Assembly: GCA_903843135.1 (NCBI GenBank)
Contig: CAIMOS010000126.1
Span: 17,201 to 81,200, forward strand
Length of the DNA: 64,000 nucleotides
Direction of reading: 5' to 3'
From: an uncultured Ignavibacteriales bacterium
GTDB lineage: Bacteria; Bacteroidota; Ignavibacteria; Ignavibacteriales; Ignavibacteriaceae
Under the pieces are notes generated by a model that was not told the origin of the DNA, made no database searches, and saw nothing but the letters and a program-made list of their open reading frames with translations. The translations under genes were made by a program, and so were the position numbers. Of this stretch, positions 19,792-29,535 are shown piece by piece (position 1 is the stretch's first letter; each line of letters opens with the position of its first letter).

Positions 19792-21813
19792 ATGAAGAAA
19801 TTGATTACAATTGTTTTGATGGCGCTGCTGTCAGTCATCGCATCTGCGTATCCGCGGTTATCGATATTGGAACGGTATACCAATGCCGGATGCGCACCCT
19901 GCGCTTCCCTTAATAATGCCTGGTATACCAATGCGACGCAGAATATGGTAGCTTCAGGACTGATGACACACCTTGTTTATAATGTTGACTGGCCTCAGGC
20001 AACAGATCCAATGTTCCTGCTTAACTCGGCGGATAATAATATCCGGCGCGGAGTTTACGCCGTTAATTCTGTTCCCTGGCTGACAGTAAACGGTTCAACA
20101 ATTTCCGGTACACAGGCCGCACTTGAGGCCGCAGTTAACTCGGGAAATACAATTTTTTCTCCTTTCAGGATTGTAGTAACTCCGGAATTGTTTTCGAACA
20201 ATGTAGTCAATGTTAATGTGAAGGTTTACCGCGACCCTGCGGATGTAACAGTGTTTAATAAAACCCGCCTCTTCATAGCTTTAACAGAGAAGACAGTGGC
20301 CTATGCTTCGCCCCCGGGATCAAACGGCGAATCTGTCTTTTACAGCATCAGCCGTAAAATGCTCCCCGATGGTAAAGGAACAGAATTCCCGGTTCCTGCC
20401 GCCGGCGATTCCGTTGAAATGGACTTCGTCTTTGTACCCTCAGCTTCATTTACCGGCTTGGTAAATATGGACAGTCTTCGGATCCTGTCCTTTATTCAGA
20501 GTATGGATTCAAAATATATTCATCAGTCTGTTTCGGCGGATATAAAAAGATCCACCCGTATAAATGCAGCAATGCAGGCAACTGTTACTCTCGGCGCTGC
20601 GCCGTGCACAGTTAATTTTACAGATTTTTCAACAGGCGCCGCTACGGGAACAATTAACAGCTGGCAATGGGATTTTAACAATGACGGTACAGTAGATGAG
20701 ACCACACAAAATCCTTCATACGTATATACCGGCGAGGGCGCGTACACAGTAAAACTGACCGTCAGCGACGGGACGAATTCTCATACAAGGATACTTTCGA
20801 ACTATATTAATGTCATCGAGGCGCATTCGGACATACTTGTTGTTAACGGAATTGAGTATGCTACCTATCCCGCAGAGATGGCGAATTTCTATAATAATTC
20901 CGCCGGATTCGGTGAACACGAAGTGGATATCTGGGACCTCTTCGGTGACCAGGGATTTGATTATAAAGGCAATACTCTTGTAAAGAAGGCGAATTATTTT
21001 AACAGGTCCGTTCCGATGGATGTACTGAAACTCTACCCGAGAGTTCTGTGGTTCGGAAATAATTACGGCGGCGATTACGTTTTCTGGAATGCACAGCAGG
21101 CGCTTGATTACGTTACTTCAGGCGGCAACTTCCTTATCGCAACAAGGCAGGGCGCAGATTTTCTGACGTCCCCGATTATGACATACTGCGGAATCCAGTC
21201 GATGACCGGATTAGTTGATATTACTTCAGCGCTGCTGCCGCTGCACGACAGTCTCGCGAGTATGACGCCGCTCGCAAGCAATACCCGGAACCAGATGGTG
21301 ACGTTGTCGGCAACTTCCGAGGCTGTACCTATTTTTGATGATAATAATTCGACGGCGTATATCGCAGGATTCAGGATAAAAAAGGACAGCGCCGGTACAT
21401 TTATTTATATTGCCGGAAGGCCGTACAGGTTTGACAACGTTTATTCTGCTTACAACTATAATGCAATTATTAATAACTGGATGACTTATACTCCGGTGGT
21501 TGGCGTAAAGGACCAGACGGAAGCGCCGTCGGCTTTTTCGCTCGAACAGAATTATCCGAATCCTTTCAATCCGTCGACAAAGATAAGTTACAGCCTGCCG
21601 TCAGCAAGTCAGGTTACTTTAAAGATCTATGATATTCTGGGTAATGAATTGGCAGTTCCGGTAAACGGGTCAAAACCGGCAGGAGTACACTCCGTTTCTT
21701 TTGACGCCGGCCGCCTTTGCAGCGGAGTATACATTTACAGGTTAAGCGCGTATCCGGTCTCAGGAGGATCCGGTTCTGTTACCCTGACGCGGAAAATGAT
21801 ACTGACAAAATAG
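19792..21813 (+). CDS. Secreted multidomain protein with PKD domain and T9SS C-terminal sorting domain
   Basis: It has a signal peptide and an N-terminal CxxC-bearing region (YTNAGCAPCA). The PKD block is VNFTDFS...WQWDFNNDGTVD...NPSYVYTGEGAYTVKLTVSDG. The C-terminus is QNYPNPFNPST...IYDILGNE...GVYIYRL. Confidence 0.8.
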   Translation: MKKLITIVLMALLSVIASAYPRLSILERYTNAGCAPCASLNNAWYTNATQNMVASGLMTHLVYNVDWPQATDPMFLLNSADNNIRRGVYAVNSVPWLTVNGSTISGTQAALEAAVNSGNTIFSPFRIVVTPELFSNNVVNVNVKVYRDPADVTVFNKTRLFIALTEKTVAYASPPGSNGESVFYSISRKMLPDGKGTEFPVPAAGDSVEMDFVFVPSASFTGLVNMDSLRILSFIQSMDSKYIHQSVSADIKRSTRINAAMQATVTLGAAPCTVNFTDFSTGAATGTINSWQWDFNNDGTVDETTQNPSYVYTGEGAYTVKLTVSDGTNSHTRILSNYINVIEAHSDILVVNGIEYATYPAEMANFYNNSAGFGEHEVDIWDLFGDQGFDYKGNTLVKKANYFNRSVPMDVLKLYPRVLWFGNNYGGDYVFWNAQQALDYVTSGGNFLIATRQGADFLTSPIMTYCGIQSMTGLVDITSALLPLHDSLASMTPLASNTRNQMVTLSATSEAVPIFDDNNSTAYIAGFRIKKDSAGTFIYIAGRPYRFDNVYSAYNYNAIINNWMTYTPVVGVKDQTEAPSAFSLEQNYPNPFNPSTKISYSLPSASQVTLKIYDILGNELAVPVNGSKPAGVHSVSFDAGRLCSGVYIYRLSAYPVSGGSGSVTLTRKMILTK

Positions 21814-21845
21814 TCCGGATTGCTAAATAATTATCAATTAACTTT

Positions 21846-21872
21846 GAAAGCCCCCTGAGCGGGGCTTTCTTA
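21846..21872 (+). terminator. Rho-independent terminator
   Basis: The stem is gaaagcccc / ggggctttc (9 bp) with a 6-nt loop, followed by a T-rich tail. Confidence 0.6.
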
Positions 21873-22073
21873 ATATATTTGTATACAGTAAAGGCTGTTC
21901 AACGGTTTTAATAAATTAATTTTGTCGATTTATTTTCAAAGAAATCTAATATTTTATTAAATTTTAACTGCTGCATTTTTCATTTCTTTTTTTTGGCCCT
22001 TTATTGATCAGGGCCGGGGGCGTTTATTATTTTTTATATTTAATCCGTATATCCGACTGGACCTTAACTTCTG

Positions 22074-23816
22074 ATGTTAGAAAATCTAAAGAATCTCTTC
22101 CTGGGAAAGAATCCGTTCATTCCTATTGAAAAGCGAATGTTCATTCTCCTGTTAATAATGGCGATTCTGCTTGGGATTATCGGAAGCACCATTAACATAA
22201 TACTGGATTTGCCCGCCATTCTGATCATCGCCGGATTCTCCATCCCCCTGATGATGCTCGTGATTGCCTACCGGGTACTGATTCAAAAAATTGAACGGAA
22301 TTACTCATCTTTAATATTTTGGGTTTTCATCGCCTTTTTTCCGTTGCAGTATACGCTTAACGGCGGACGGAATTCCAATAATTTAACTTTACTTTATGTG
22401 GCAATTACGCTTTTATTTTTTATACTTTCCGGTAAATACGGCAAGTGGTTTTTTGCCGTGCTTGTTACAGAGTACGTGACGCTTAGTATTATCGAATTTA
22501 TGTATCCTCAGATAATAAGCGGATATGCAAGCGAAACCCAAAGGTTTATTGATGTCCTAAGCGGGAACCTGCTGTATCTTTTTATTCTTTTTGTCGCTCT
22601 TTTTATCATAAAGAATGTTTATAATTTTCAGATTCAGCGCGGTATCGTTCAGAATGATCACCTTAAGAATCTGAATAAACAGCTTGCCGAAAATGCCCTG
22701 ATGATCAGGGAAATCAACAGGCAGCTCGAGGAGCGGCGGCAGCAGGTTTCACAAGTACTCGACAGCGTTCCGGCCGTTGTGCTGATAATACAAAACGAAA
22801 ACATTGATAAGGTGAATGAACACGCCGCCGAAATTCTCGGTATTGGCCCTGAAAAATTGACAGGGCAGGGGATTTACAATTATATGTCAGAAGATTCGGC
22901 CTTAATCTTCCGGGAGAACATCCGGAAAGGGAGTAACGGAGAAGAAGTACCGCCTTACGAAATTAATTTGAAATTGCCTCCAAAAGCATTTCTGGTCCAT
23001 ACAACGCCCGTTGCCCTTGCGGTAAACTATCCGGTTTTGATAGTGGTTCTTACGAATATAACAGAACTGAAAGAAAAAGAAAAAGCCCTGAAATCCTACT
23101 CAGACAGGATTGAGAGGGACAATACTGCCAAAGCCAGGTTTATTTCGATACTTTCGCACGATCTGCGGAGCCCATTCCAGGGACTGCTGGGCCTGAGCGA
23201 GATGCTGGCCGAAGAGAGCGGTTTAATGGAGAAGGAGAAATTAAAGCAAGTCAGCGGGTCGCTGCATAACGCGATTCAAACCCAGTATACGCTTCTTAAT
23301 GACATTCTGACCTGGACAGAATTCCAGAGCGATAAAGCGAAGATGGATGTTATAGAAATTGAGTTTTACGAACTGGTAAATTCAGTGATCAGAATTTTTG
23401 ATTCTGCGGTTAAAATTAAATCGCTAAAGATACTGAACCTTGTCCCTGAAAATCTTATAGTAAAAGGGGATGTGAAAATGCTCAGCCTTGTTTTACGTAA
23501 TCTTCTGAGTAACGCTATAAAGTTCAGCAACAATGATGAAGGGATTATAATCGAATACACTGCTTCTCCTCTGAAGCACGTATTTGATATTATTGATAAA
23601 GGAGTTGGGATGAGTCCCGCCCTGCTTGAGAAAATTCGGGCGGGCCAATGGGGATTATCGCAGAAGGGCACGGGAGGAGAGAAGGGTTCCGGTATCGGCT
23701 TGAGCCTGGTGAGAGAAATATTAAGCAAACACGGCGGCGCTCTTGAGATTGAGAGCGGGCCGGATCAAGGCACAACTGCACGGTTTTCTCTGTCACGTCA
23801 GAGTATTTTATTATAG
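22074..23816 (+). CDS. Membrane-embedded sensor histidine kinase (multi-TM N-terminus, PAS, HisKA, HATPase)
   Basis: 580 aa. There are about 6 N-terminal TM helices and one PAS-like segment. The H-box is FISILSHDLRSP, the N-box is LRNLLSNAIKF, and GSGIGL follows. Confidence 0.85.
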   Translation: MLENLKNLFLGKNPFIPIEKRMFILLLIMAILLGIIGSTINIILDLPAILIIAGFSIPLMMLVIAYRVLIQKIERNYSSLIFWVFIAFFPLQYTLNGGRNSNNLTLLYVAITLLFFILSGKYGKWFFAVLVTEYVTLSIIEFMYPQIISGYASETQRFIDVLSGNLLYLFILFVALFIIKNVYNFQIQRGIVQNDHLKNLNKQLAENALMIREINRQLEERRQQVSQVLDSVPAVVLIIQNENIDKVNEHAAEILGIGPEKLTGQGIYNYMSEDSALIFRENIRKGSNGEEVPPYEINLKLPPKAFLVHTTPVALAVNYPVLIVVLTNITELKEKEKALKSYSDRIERDNTAKARFISILSHDLRSPFQGLLGLSEMLAEESGLMEKEKLKQVSGSLHNAIQTQYTLLNDILTWTEFQSDKAKMDVIEIEFYELVNSVIRIFDSAVKIKSLKILNLVPENLIVKGDVKMLSLVLRNLLSNAIKFSNNDEGIIIEYTASPLKHVFDIIDKGVGMSPALLEKIRAGQWGLSQKGTGGEKGSGIGLSLVREILSKHGGALEIESGPDQGTTARFSLSRQSILL

Positions 23817-23869
23817 CCTGAATAAAATTAAAAAACCGCCCCTCCGGACTGCGAAGTTATTTTATAGTT

Positions 23870-23901
23870 AAAGAACTCCGGTCCAACAGCCGGAGTTCTT
23901 T
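23870..23901. terminator. Bidirectional terminator hairpin between convergent genes
   Basis: A perfect 12-bp stem, aaagaactccgg / ccggagttcttt, with an 8-nt loop. The A/T-rich flanks allow use on either strand. Confidence 0.7.
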
Positions 23902-23919
23902 AGATATGTAAACGCAATT

Positions 23920-25140
23920 CTATTTTATCATCATCAGTTTTTTAACTGCAACAGAAGTCCCAACAGATAACCTGTACAAATAAACTCCGGAGTTCAATTT
24001 GCCTGCATTGAATTCTGCCTTATAATCTCCCGGGACCTGGTATGCGTCAACCAGCCTCCCGGTCTCGTTCCCGGTCAGATCATAGACAATTAAACTGACA
24101 CGCACAGGGTTGCTTCCGGGATTTTGCGGTACGGTATAATTTATAAGTGTAGTGGAATTGAAGGGATTCGGATAGTTTTGCTGCAGACTGAATTGATAAC
24201 TGTTCTGCCCGATGATATCTGCCCTGGTCGGCAAGGCAGCTTTAACAATTTTCCCGGATGATCCGACAAGCCATCCGACCGACTGCGAACAGAAACACAG
24301 CCCATACCACGTCCAGCTCGCATAACCGAAAGTAGGTGTGTTTTCTTTTGTCCAGTTAAGCCCTTTATCCACAGATGTGTATACGCCGCCTGTGCAGATC
24401 ATAAATATTTTATCGGAACAGTTGCAGGTAAAATATTCGTAGCTATAGTAAGATGTAAGCGCGATAAATGTCCAGGAGGTGCCACCGTCGGAAGTTTTAT
24501 AAACCCCGCCGGTTGTAGCCATAAGTCCGTTGTTCGCGTCTGAAAACCAGACGTGCTTAAGGTGGGCGCTGCCGAGTTTTGGCATAGAGGTCCAGGTTGT
24601 GCCGCCGTTGGTGGTCTTAAGATTGTTCCCGCTGGCTGCGCTGATGTACCCGGTATTTTCATCTACAAAGAAAATTGAATAGACGCCTCCGCCCCAGGGA
24701 TGTGTCTGTTCGACCCACGTGGCGCCGGCATCCGTTGTTTTCATAACAAAACCAGAGTTACACAGAATCCACCCGGTAGTAGAATTGAGGAAAAACATAT
24801 CTTCCACGTCGTGATAGGCTAAGTTTTTTTCGCTCCACGTTACCCCGCCATCGACAGTCTTGTATACTTTATATCCCCCGATGCAAAACCCAGTGTTAAC
24901 ATCAAAAAATTTGATGTCTTTATTGCCGTATGAATTTGCAGACTGAAGCCAGGTCGTGCCTCCGTCAGTCGTCCTGAGAACTTTTGCGGAAGCTCCGACG
25001 ACCCAGGCGTGGTTCTCATCAACAGAGGTGACGGCGTAAAGGTGGGAAGTAGTACCGCTGGTCTGTTCTATCCATTGAGGATAGGTCAACGGGGAAAGGG
25101 CAACAAGGCCAGAGAGTACCAGGAGTATGAACTTTTTCAT
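23920..25140 (-). CDS. BNR/Asp-box beta-propeller protein (Ycf48/sortilin-like) with T9SS C-terminal domain
   Basis: It has a signal peptide and repeated T.DGG.TW Asp-box motifs (at least 6). The C-terminus is QNYPNPFNSTT...VYDLTGNE...GVYLYRL. Confidence 0.8.
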   Translation of the reverse strand: MKKFILLVLSGLVALSPLTYPQWIEQTSGTTSHLYAVTSVDENHAWVVGASAKVLRTTDGGTTWLQSANSYGNKDIKFFDVNTGFCIGGYKVYKTVDGGVTWSEKNLAYHDVEDMFFLNSTTGWILCNSGFVMKTTDAGATWVEQTHPWGGGVYSIFFVDENTGYISAASGNNLKTTNGGTTWTSMPKLGSAHLKHVWFSDANNGLMATTGGVYKTSDGGTSWTFIALTSYYSYEYFTCNCSDKIFMICTGGVYTSVDKGLNWTKENTPTFGYASWTWYGLCFCSQSVGWLVGSSGKIVKAALPTRADIIGQNSYQFSLQQNYPNPFNSTTLINYTVPQNPGSNPVRVSLIVYDLTGNETGRLVDAYQVPGDYKAEFNAGKLNSGVYLYRLSVGTSVAVKKLMMIK

Positions 25141-25310
25141 AATGGACCTCTCTATACAATAATAAAAAGAAAAAAATAGTCATATAAAAAGAGAATCGAA
25201 AACAAATAAAAGTCAAGTCAAAAAGGAATCTCTTTCTGTGTGTATTAAATATAAGACACTCCTCCGGCCCGGTCACGGGCGCCGGACAGAATTCCAATCG
25301 CGTTATTTAA

Positions 25311-25345
25311 AACAAAAAAACTCCGGCATTCCTGCCGGAGTTTTT
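25311..25345 (-). terminator. Rho-independent terminator of 25364..26674
   Basis: The stem is ctccggca / tgccggag with loop ttcc. A U-run follows on the minus strand (the A-run at 25311-25320 on plus). Confidence 0.75.
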
Positions 25346-25363
25346 CGTAAAGAAGAAAAATTA

Positions 25364-26674
25364 TTACTTGATTAGTGTAAGCTTCTTTGTTGCGGTGAAG
25401 CCGGGTGTTGAGAGTGTATAGTAATAAACACCGCTTGAAAGATCAGCTGCATTGAAGGAAACGTTGTGCTTGCCTGCAGGCATTTCGCTGTTTACGAGCG
25501 AGGCTGCTTCGTTTCCGAGCATATCATAAACTTTTAATGTAACCATTCCGCTTACAGGTATCTGATAGCTGATTACGGTTGAAGGGTTGAACGGATTCGG
25601 GTAATTCTGTCCGAGTTCGAACTGTACAGGAGCTGTTACGTCAACTTCAACTGCTTTTGAATATGTAAAGCTTCCGTCAAGATCGATCTGTTTCAGCCTG
25701 TATGTATATTTACCTTCCGAAAGCTTAGTATCTGTATATGTATAACTTCTGCTTTCAATGGTTGTTCCCGCGCCGTTGATAAACGCGCATGAAGCAAATT
25801 CGCCGTCTGCTGATTTTCTTTCAACTTCGAAACCGCGGTTGTTCTTTTCTGTGGCTGTTGTCCAGGTAAGATTTACATTGTTTCCTGAAGCGCTTGCGTT
25901 AAAGGAAGTCAGTTCGACAGGAAGGAAAGTCTCCCATTGTCTGGAGATCATAATACCGTCAACGACACCGTAAGGAGTGTTGGTTCCCTGGCGGATTGCA
26001 ACGGTTCCGATACTTGCAACTCCGTCGGCAACACCATCACCGACATTCGCTATCGTAACAGCAGGAGTTCCCGGCTCGCCAACAGGCAGTCCAGAATCGT
26101 AAACATAAAGAGATACAACGTCGTCAGTTGTTGTGGCTATGTTGAATGTATATTTAAGTACTACGAGATAAGTCTGTCCGAGGTTTAACACTGTAGCGTC
26201 ATCAACAATAGGAGTACCGGTTTTGCTAAGGCTCATACTGAAACCGGCTCCATTAGCTTTAACGTATACTCTGCCGCGGAAAGTTGTTCCCATCGTATAT
26301 GGGCCGAGGTGGAAAAAGTAATCAGAAGTCGCGCGTGCGGTATCTATGCGCATTAAAAAGCTGGCATAGATATTACTTTGTATAGAAACAGAATCAGAAA
26401 ATTTTCTGCTGACGTCACCGTCTGTAACACCGCTGCCGCCTTTTGTAAACTGAACGCTGCCGCCTACGTTTGAACCGTAGTAACCGGCGTAGGTTAAGCT
26501 TGTTGCCTGGTAAACCGGGCCGACTGCGCCGCTGTGTCTTACCCAGTTGGTAGTTACTGCGGTAATATCCGGATTTCCGGTAGCGCCGTAATCAAAATTT
26601 TCAGTGAGAAACTGCGGGAAAGCTGAAGTTCCTGCCAGTATCAAAAAGAGAAATAAAAGAATATGTTTTTTCAT
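25364..26674 (-). CDS. Secreted protein: unknown N-terminal beta-rich domain + conserved pre-CTD module + T9SS C-terminal domain
   Basis: It has a signal peptide. The C-terminal roughly 170 aa are shared with the neighbouring gene (LPVE.T.F...W.T..EKNNRGFEVERKSADGEF...YRLKQID.DG...). It ends QNYPNPFNPST...VYDMLGNE...GVYYYTL. Confidence 0.75.
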   Translation of the reverse strand: MKKHILLFLFLILAGTSAFPQFLTENFDYGATGNPDITAVTTNWVRHSGAVGPVYQATSLTYAGYYGSNVGGSVQFTKGGSGVTDGDVSRKFSDSVSIQSNIYASFLMRIDTARATSDYFFHLGPYTMGTTFRGRVYVKANGAGFSMSLSKTGTPIVDDATVLNLGQTYLVVLKYTFNIATTTDDVVSLYVYDSGLPVGEPGTPAVTIANVGDGVADGVASIGTVAIRQGTNTPYGVVDGIMISRQWETFLPVELTSFNASASGNNVNLTWTTATEKNNRGFEVERKSADGEFASCAFINGAGTTIESRSYTYTDTKLSEGKYTYRLKQIDLDGSFTYSKAVEVDVTAPVQFELGQNYPNPFNPSTVISYQIPVSGMVTLKVYDMLGNEAASLVNSEMPAGKHNVSFNAADLSSGVYYYTLSTPGFTATKKLTLIK

Positions 26675-26842
26675 TGGGGTCCTTAATAAAGTTTAAATGC
26701 TGAGCTAAATATAATAAGTCCGGAGAAAACCTCGATGTTAAATTTCGGTAAAATTTATACCGGAAATTTTGGAGGGGAAAAAACTGCCTTTTAATTTTAT
26801 GGTCAGGTCAGCTTGCCGGGAGGGCCATTTTACGGAAAGTTT

Positions 26843-26874
26843 AAAATAAAAACTCCGGCGCGGGGCCGGAGTTT
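26843..26874 (-). terminator. Rho-independent terminator of 26897..28480
   Basis: The stem is aaactccggc / gccggagttt with a 5-nt loop, followed by a U-rich run on the minus strand. Confidence 0.75.
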
Positions 26875-26896
26875 GAAATGCAAAATTAGGTTTAGA

Positions 26897-28480
26897 TTAC
26901 TTAAGTAATGTCAGTTTCTTCGTTGCTGTGAATCCAGGGGCAGAGATTGTATAGAAATAGATGCCTGAGGATAAACCGGCAGCGTTGAACTGAACAGTGT
27001 ATTTTCCTGAAACCTGGTTCTGATTTACGAGGTCAGCAACCTGGTTTCCGGTATAGTCATAAACTTTGAGGGAAACGTGTCCGTCAAATTTAATCTGATA
27101 GTTGATTGTTGTTGAAGGGTTGAACGGATTCGGATAGTTCTGTCCAAGTTCGAAATTATCCGGAGTTGTTACGTCAACTTCAACTTCATCTGAATAAGCT
27201 GCGTGACCGTCAAAATCGATCTGTTTCAGCCTGTAGGTATATTTACCTGCAACAACTTCTTTATCAGTGAAAGTATAATTCTTAGCGTCGAGTGATGTTC
27301 CTGCACCCTCGATGAATCCGCGGAGAATAAATTCGCCGTCAGCTGATTTTCTTTCAACTTCGAAACCGCGGTTGTTCTTTTCAGAAGCGGTTGTCCAGTT
27401 CAAAGTAACTTCGTTCTGTGAAACTGAAGTGCTGAAAGCTGTGAATTCAACCGGCAGTGGTGATCCGCCCCATTTCCAGATGATACCGGCATTACCGGCG
27501 GCAAAAGGAACTGCGCCATATTCTGTGACAGAATAGAGTGCATTAGTAGTGGCGAGAGGAGTGATCGGAGTCCAGGTTAAACCGCCATTATCTGAAAGAT
27601 ATGAGGTTCCGGCGCTTCCAACCGCAACATAACGGTTGGTTCCTTTTAAATTAACTATGTGTCTGAAAGCAGCGCCTGTAACTGTTGTTGTCGGGGTCCA
27701 GGTTGTTCCGCCGTCTGTTGTTCTGGTTACGTTACCGGCGAGAGTAACTATCACGCCGTTGTTAGCATCATTCATTGCAATGTAAGCAGAACCCGAAGCA
27801 GCAGTTCCGTTTGCGAATGATCCGCTCTTTGTCCAGGTCAAACCTTTATTAGTTGATTTCCATACTGAATTGTTGGTTCCTGCAACTGAAGAATATCCGA
27901 TGAACCAAACATTATTTCCAACGGCAGACATACCGATTGCAGCACCGTATTCACCGTTAACACTATCGCAGGGAGGTACGTTGTTACGCTGAACTCTTGC
28001 CCAGGTGTTACCGGCATCTGATGTAGTATAGATTTCCCACCAGGCTGATGGCCAAGGATCAGGATCGCCCCAGTAAACGCCGTTATTGGCATCGAACATA
28101 ATAAGTCCGTCACCGAAACCGGCCGGGTTATTGAATTTTGAAACCCAGGTAGTGCCGCCATCGGTAGTCTTCCAGATAGAAACATCTGCTGATCCGCCGA
28201 CTGTTCCGGTAACCCAGGCAGTTGTAGCATCAAAAGCCTGTACCATATAGTTCGTGGCAGTAGCGAGAGTAACAGATTTGGTCCAGGTTGTTCCACCATT
28301 TGTGGTCTTTAAAACTTCACCGGCGTTACCGCAGGCCCAAAGAATCTGGGAATTCACTGCGTGAATGTAACGTTGGCGGTTTGTTGTGCCGCTGGTCTGA
28401 GCGACCCATTGAGCGAACATTGAAGTCGAGAAAAGAACAAAGAAGAGCGAGAAACTGAGTACACGTAAGCGATTTGACAT
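26897..28480 (-). CDS. BNR/Asp-box beta-propeller protein + conserved pre-CTD module + T9SS C-terminal domain
   Basis: It has a signal peptide, multiple T.DGG.TW / S.D.G.TW repeats, and the same EKNNRGFEVERKSADGEF module and Por-type tail as 25364..26674. Confidence 0.8.
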   Translation of the reverse strand: MSNRLRVLSFSLFFVLFSTSMFAQWVAQTSGTTNRQRYIHAVNSQILWACGNAGEVLKTTNGGTTWTKSVTLATATNYMVQAFDATTAWVTGTVGGSADVSIWKTTDGGTTWVSKFNNPAGFGDGLIMFDANNGVYWGDPDPWPSAWWEIYTTSDAGNTWARVQRNNVPPCDSVNGEYGAAIGMSAVGNNVWFIGYSSVAGTNNSVWKSTNKGLTWTKSGSFANGTAASGSAYIAMNDANNGVIVTLAGNVTRTTDGGTTWTPTTTVTGAAFRHIVNLKGTNRYVAVGSAGTSYLSDNGGLTWTPITPLATTNALYSVTEYGAVPFAAGNAGIIWKWGGSPLPVEFTAFSTSVSQNEVTLNWTTASEKNNRGFEVERKSADGEFILRGFIEGAGTSLDAKNYTFTDKEVVAGKYTYRLKQIDFDGHAAYSDEVEVDVTTPDNFELGQNYPNPFNPSTTINYQIKFDGHVSLKVYDYTGNQVADLVNQNQVSGKYTVQFNAAGLSSGIYFYTISAPGFTATKKLTLLK

Positions 28481-28598
28481 ATAAATGCTCCGATAGAAAG
28501 TGAAAAGATAATTAATTAAGTTCTTGTCGCTATAAATTAACTTATTTCATTACTCAAAGCAATATATTTTTATAATAATTTTATGGCGGCAACAATTG

Positions 28599-28734
28599 GG
28601 TTCAAGTGATTATTCGGTGGCATTTTAGAATATGGAATTAAAAATTAACAGTATCAGTTACAGTGTCAGTAACAGTGTCAGTGTCAGTATCAGTTTTTGG
28701 TTCAAGTGATTATCCGGTGGCATTTTAGAATATG
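28599..28734. repeat. Two copies of a 36-bp direct repeat (28599-28634 and 28699-28734, 1 mismatch) with exactly 100-bp period
   Basis: ggttcaagtgattat[t/c]cggtggcattttagaatatg is read twice. The interval between the copies holds the hexamer array. Confidence 0.9.
28649..28696. repeat. Tandem hexanucleotide array (CAGTNN)x8
   Basis: The array reads cagtat cagtta cagtgt cagtaa cagtgt cagtgt cagtat cagttt, directly from the sequence. Confidence 0.9.
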
Positions 28735-29006
28735 CCGTTCAGATGGAACTTGGGATATGTAGTATGGTATCGAACAATACGTGAAACATGAAAGTAAGTG
28801 AACTGAATCTTTACCCAATATTCTTTAGGAGGGGAGAATTATCTCTTAACTTTCTTTTCTATAGATGTAGGAACGACATAATACTTTTGCCACCGTTTTT
28901 TCAGTTGAACCAACAATTGATTGGACAGGCAGTTTATAACGCCTTGGCAATACAGGGAGCTTTTGGGGTGAATTTATTGTTTATTGTATAAAGAGAGAAA
29001 CTTTAA

Positions 29007-29393
29007 TTATTTACTCATTCCGAGGAACATACCCCCGAAATACGGGATTAGCCAGATGAGCCATACGATAATACTGAACCGGTGAAAACTTGTTCTCATT
29101 CTCTCATCCTTTTTAATTACAACCCTGGCAGCCCATACAGCGTGGAAGAGCATAAGCCACAATGCTATCTGTCCGGTAAGAGTATGAGGTTCGGTGATAT
29201 CGAAACGCCCATCCGCGAGCAGGTGCATAGCATAGGTCCCCGAAACATCAAAAATAAATCCGGTGAAGAAAGCGACAGTGTGCCACGGTTTAAGGTACCT
29301 CGCAATTCTCTCTGCCCAAACTCCGAGAGAGTAAAAAAGCAACGCGAGGGTTATTAAGACACTTGAATAAATAATCATTGGATTCATAGGCAA
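29007..29393 (-). CDS. Small 4-TM membrane protein (resembles the TIGR03987/HsmA-type family)
   Basis: 128 aa with four hydrophobic helices and conserved His/Trp-rich faces. The family assignment is from memory only. Confidence 0.55.
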   Translation of the reverse strand: MPMNPMIIYSSVLITLALLFYSLGVWAERIARYLKPWHTVAFFTGFIFDVSGTYAMHLLADGRFDITEPHTLTGQIALWLMLFHAVWAARVVIKKDERMRTSFHRFSIIVWLIWLIPYFGGMFLGMSK

Positions 29394-29535
29394 ATATAAT
29401 TAAATCAGTAAAATCATTAACTCTTTTGGAATCTGAGCTCCTCAGCAAAACCGGGAAAAAACACGGTGGTATATTCAATCTCTCTATTGCGTATATTATA
29501 AGAAATTCATTTTACTATTTTCTGAAATTGAAAAA

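Noticed and set aside
19728-19931. Two roughly 60-aa ORFs on opposite strands around the start of the PKD/T9SS gene.
   Set aside because: They overlap the signal-peptide region of the 673-aa gene and show no coding support.
28597-28625. tRNA-like T-loop string GGTTCAAGTG inside the 36-bp repeat.
   Set aside because: The flanking bases cannot form a T-stem or acceptor stem, and no cloverleaf can be drawn.
28599-28734. Possible CRISPR-like array, suggested by a 36-bp repeat seen twice at regular spacing.
   Set aside because: There are only two copies. The 'spacer' is itself a simple hexamer repeat. No cas genes or leader are present in the window.
28788-28991. 67-aa plus-strand ORF in the intergenic region.
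   Set aside because: The sequence is low-complexity and hydrophobic, I recognise no motif, and there is no clear RBS. It is kept only as part of the mini-ORF observation and is not called as a gene.
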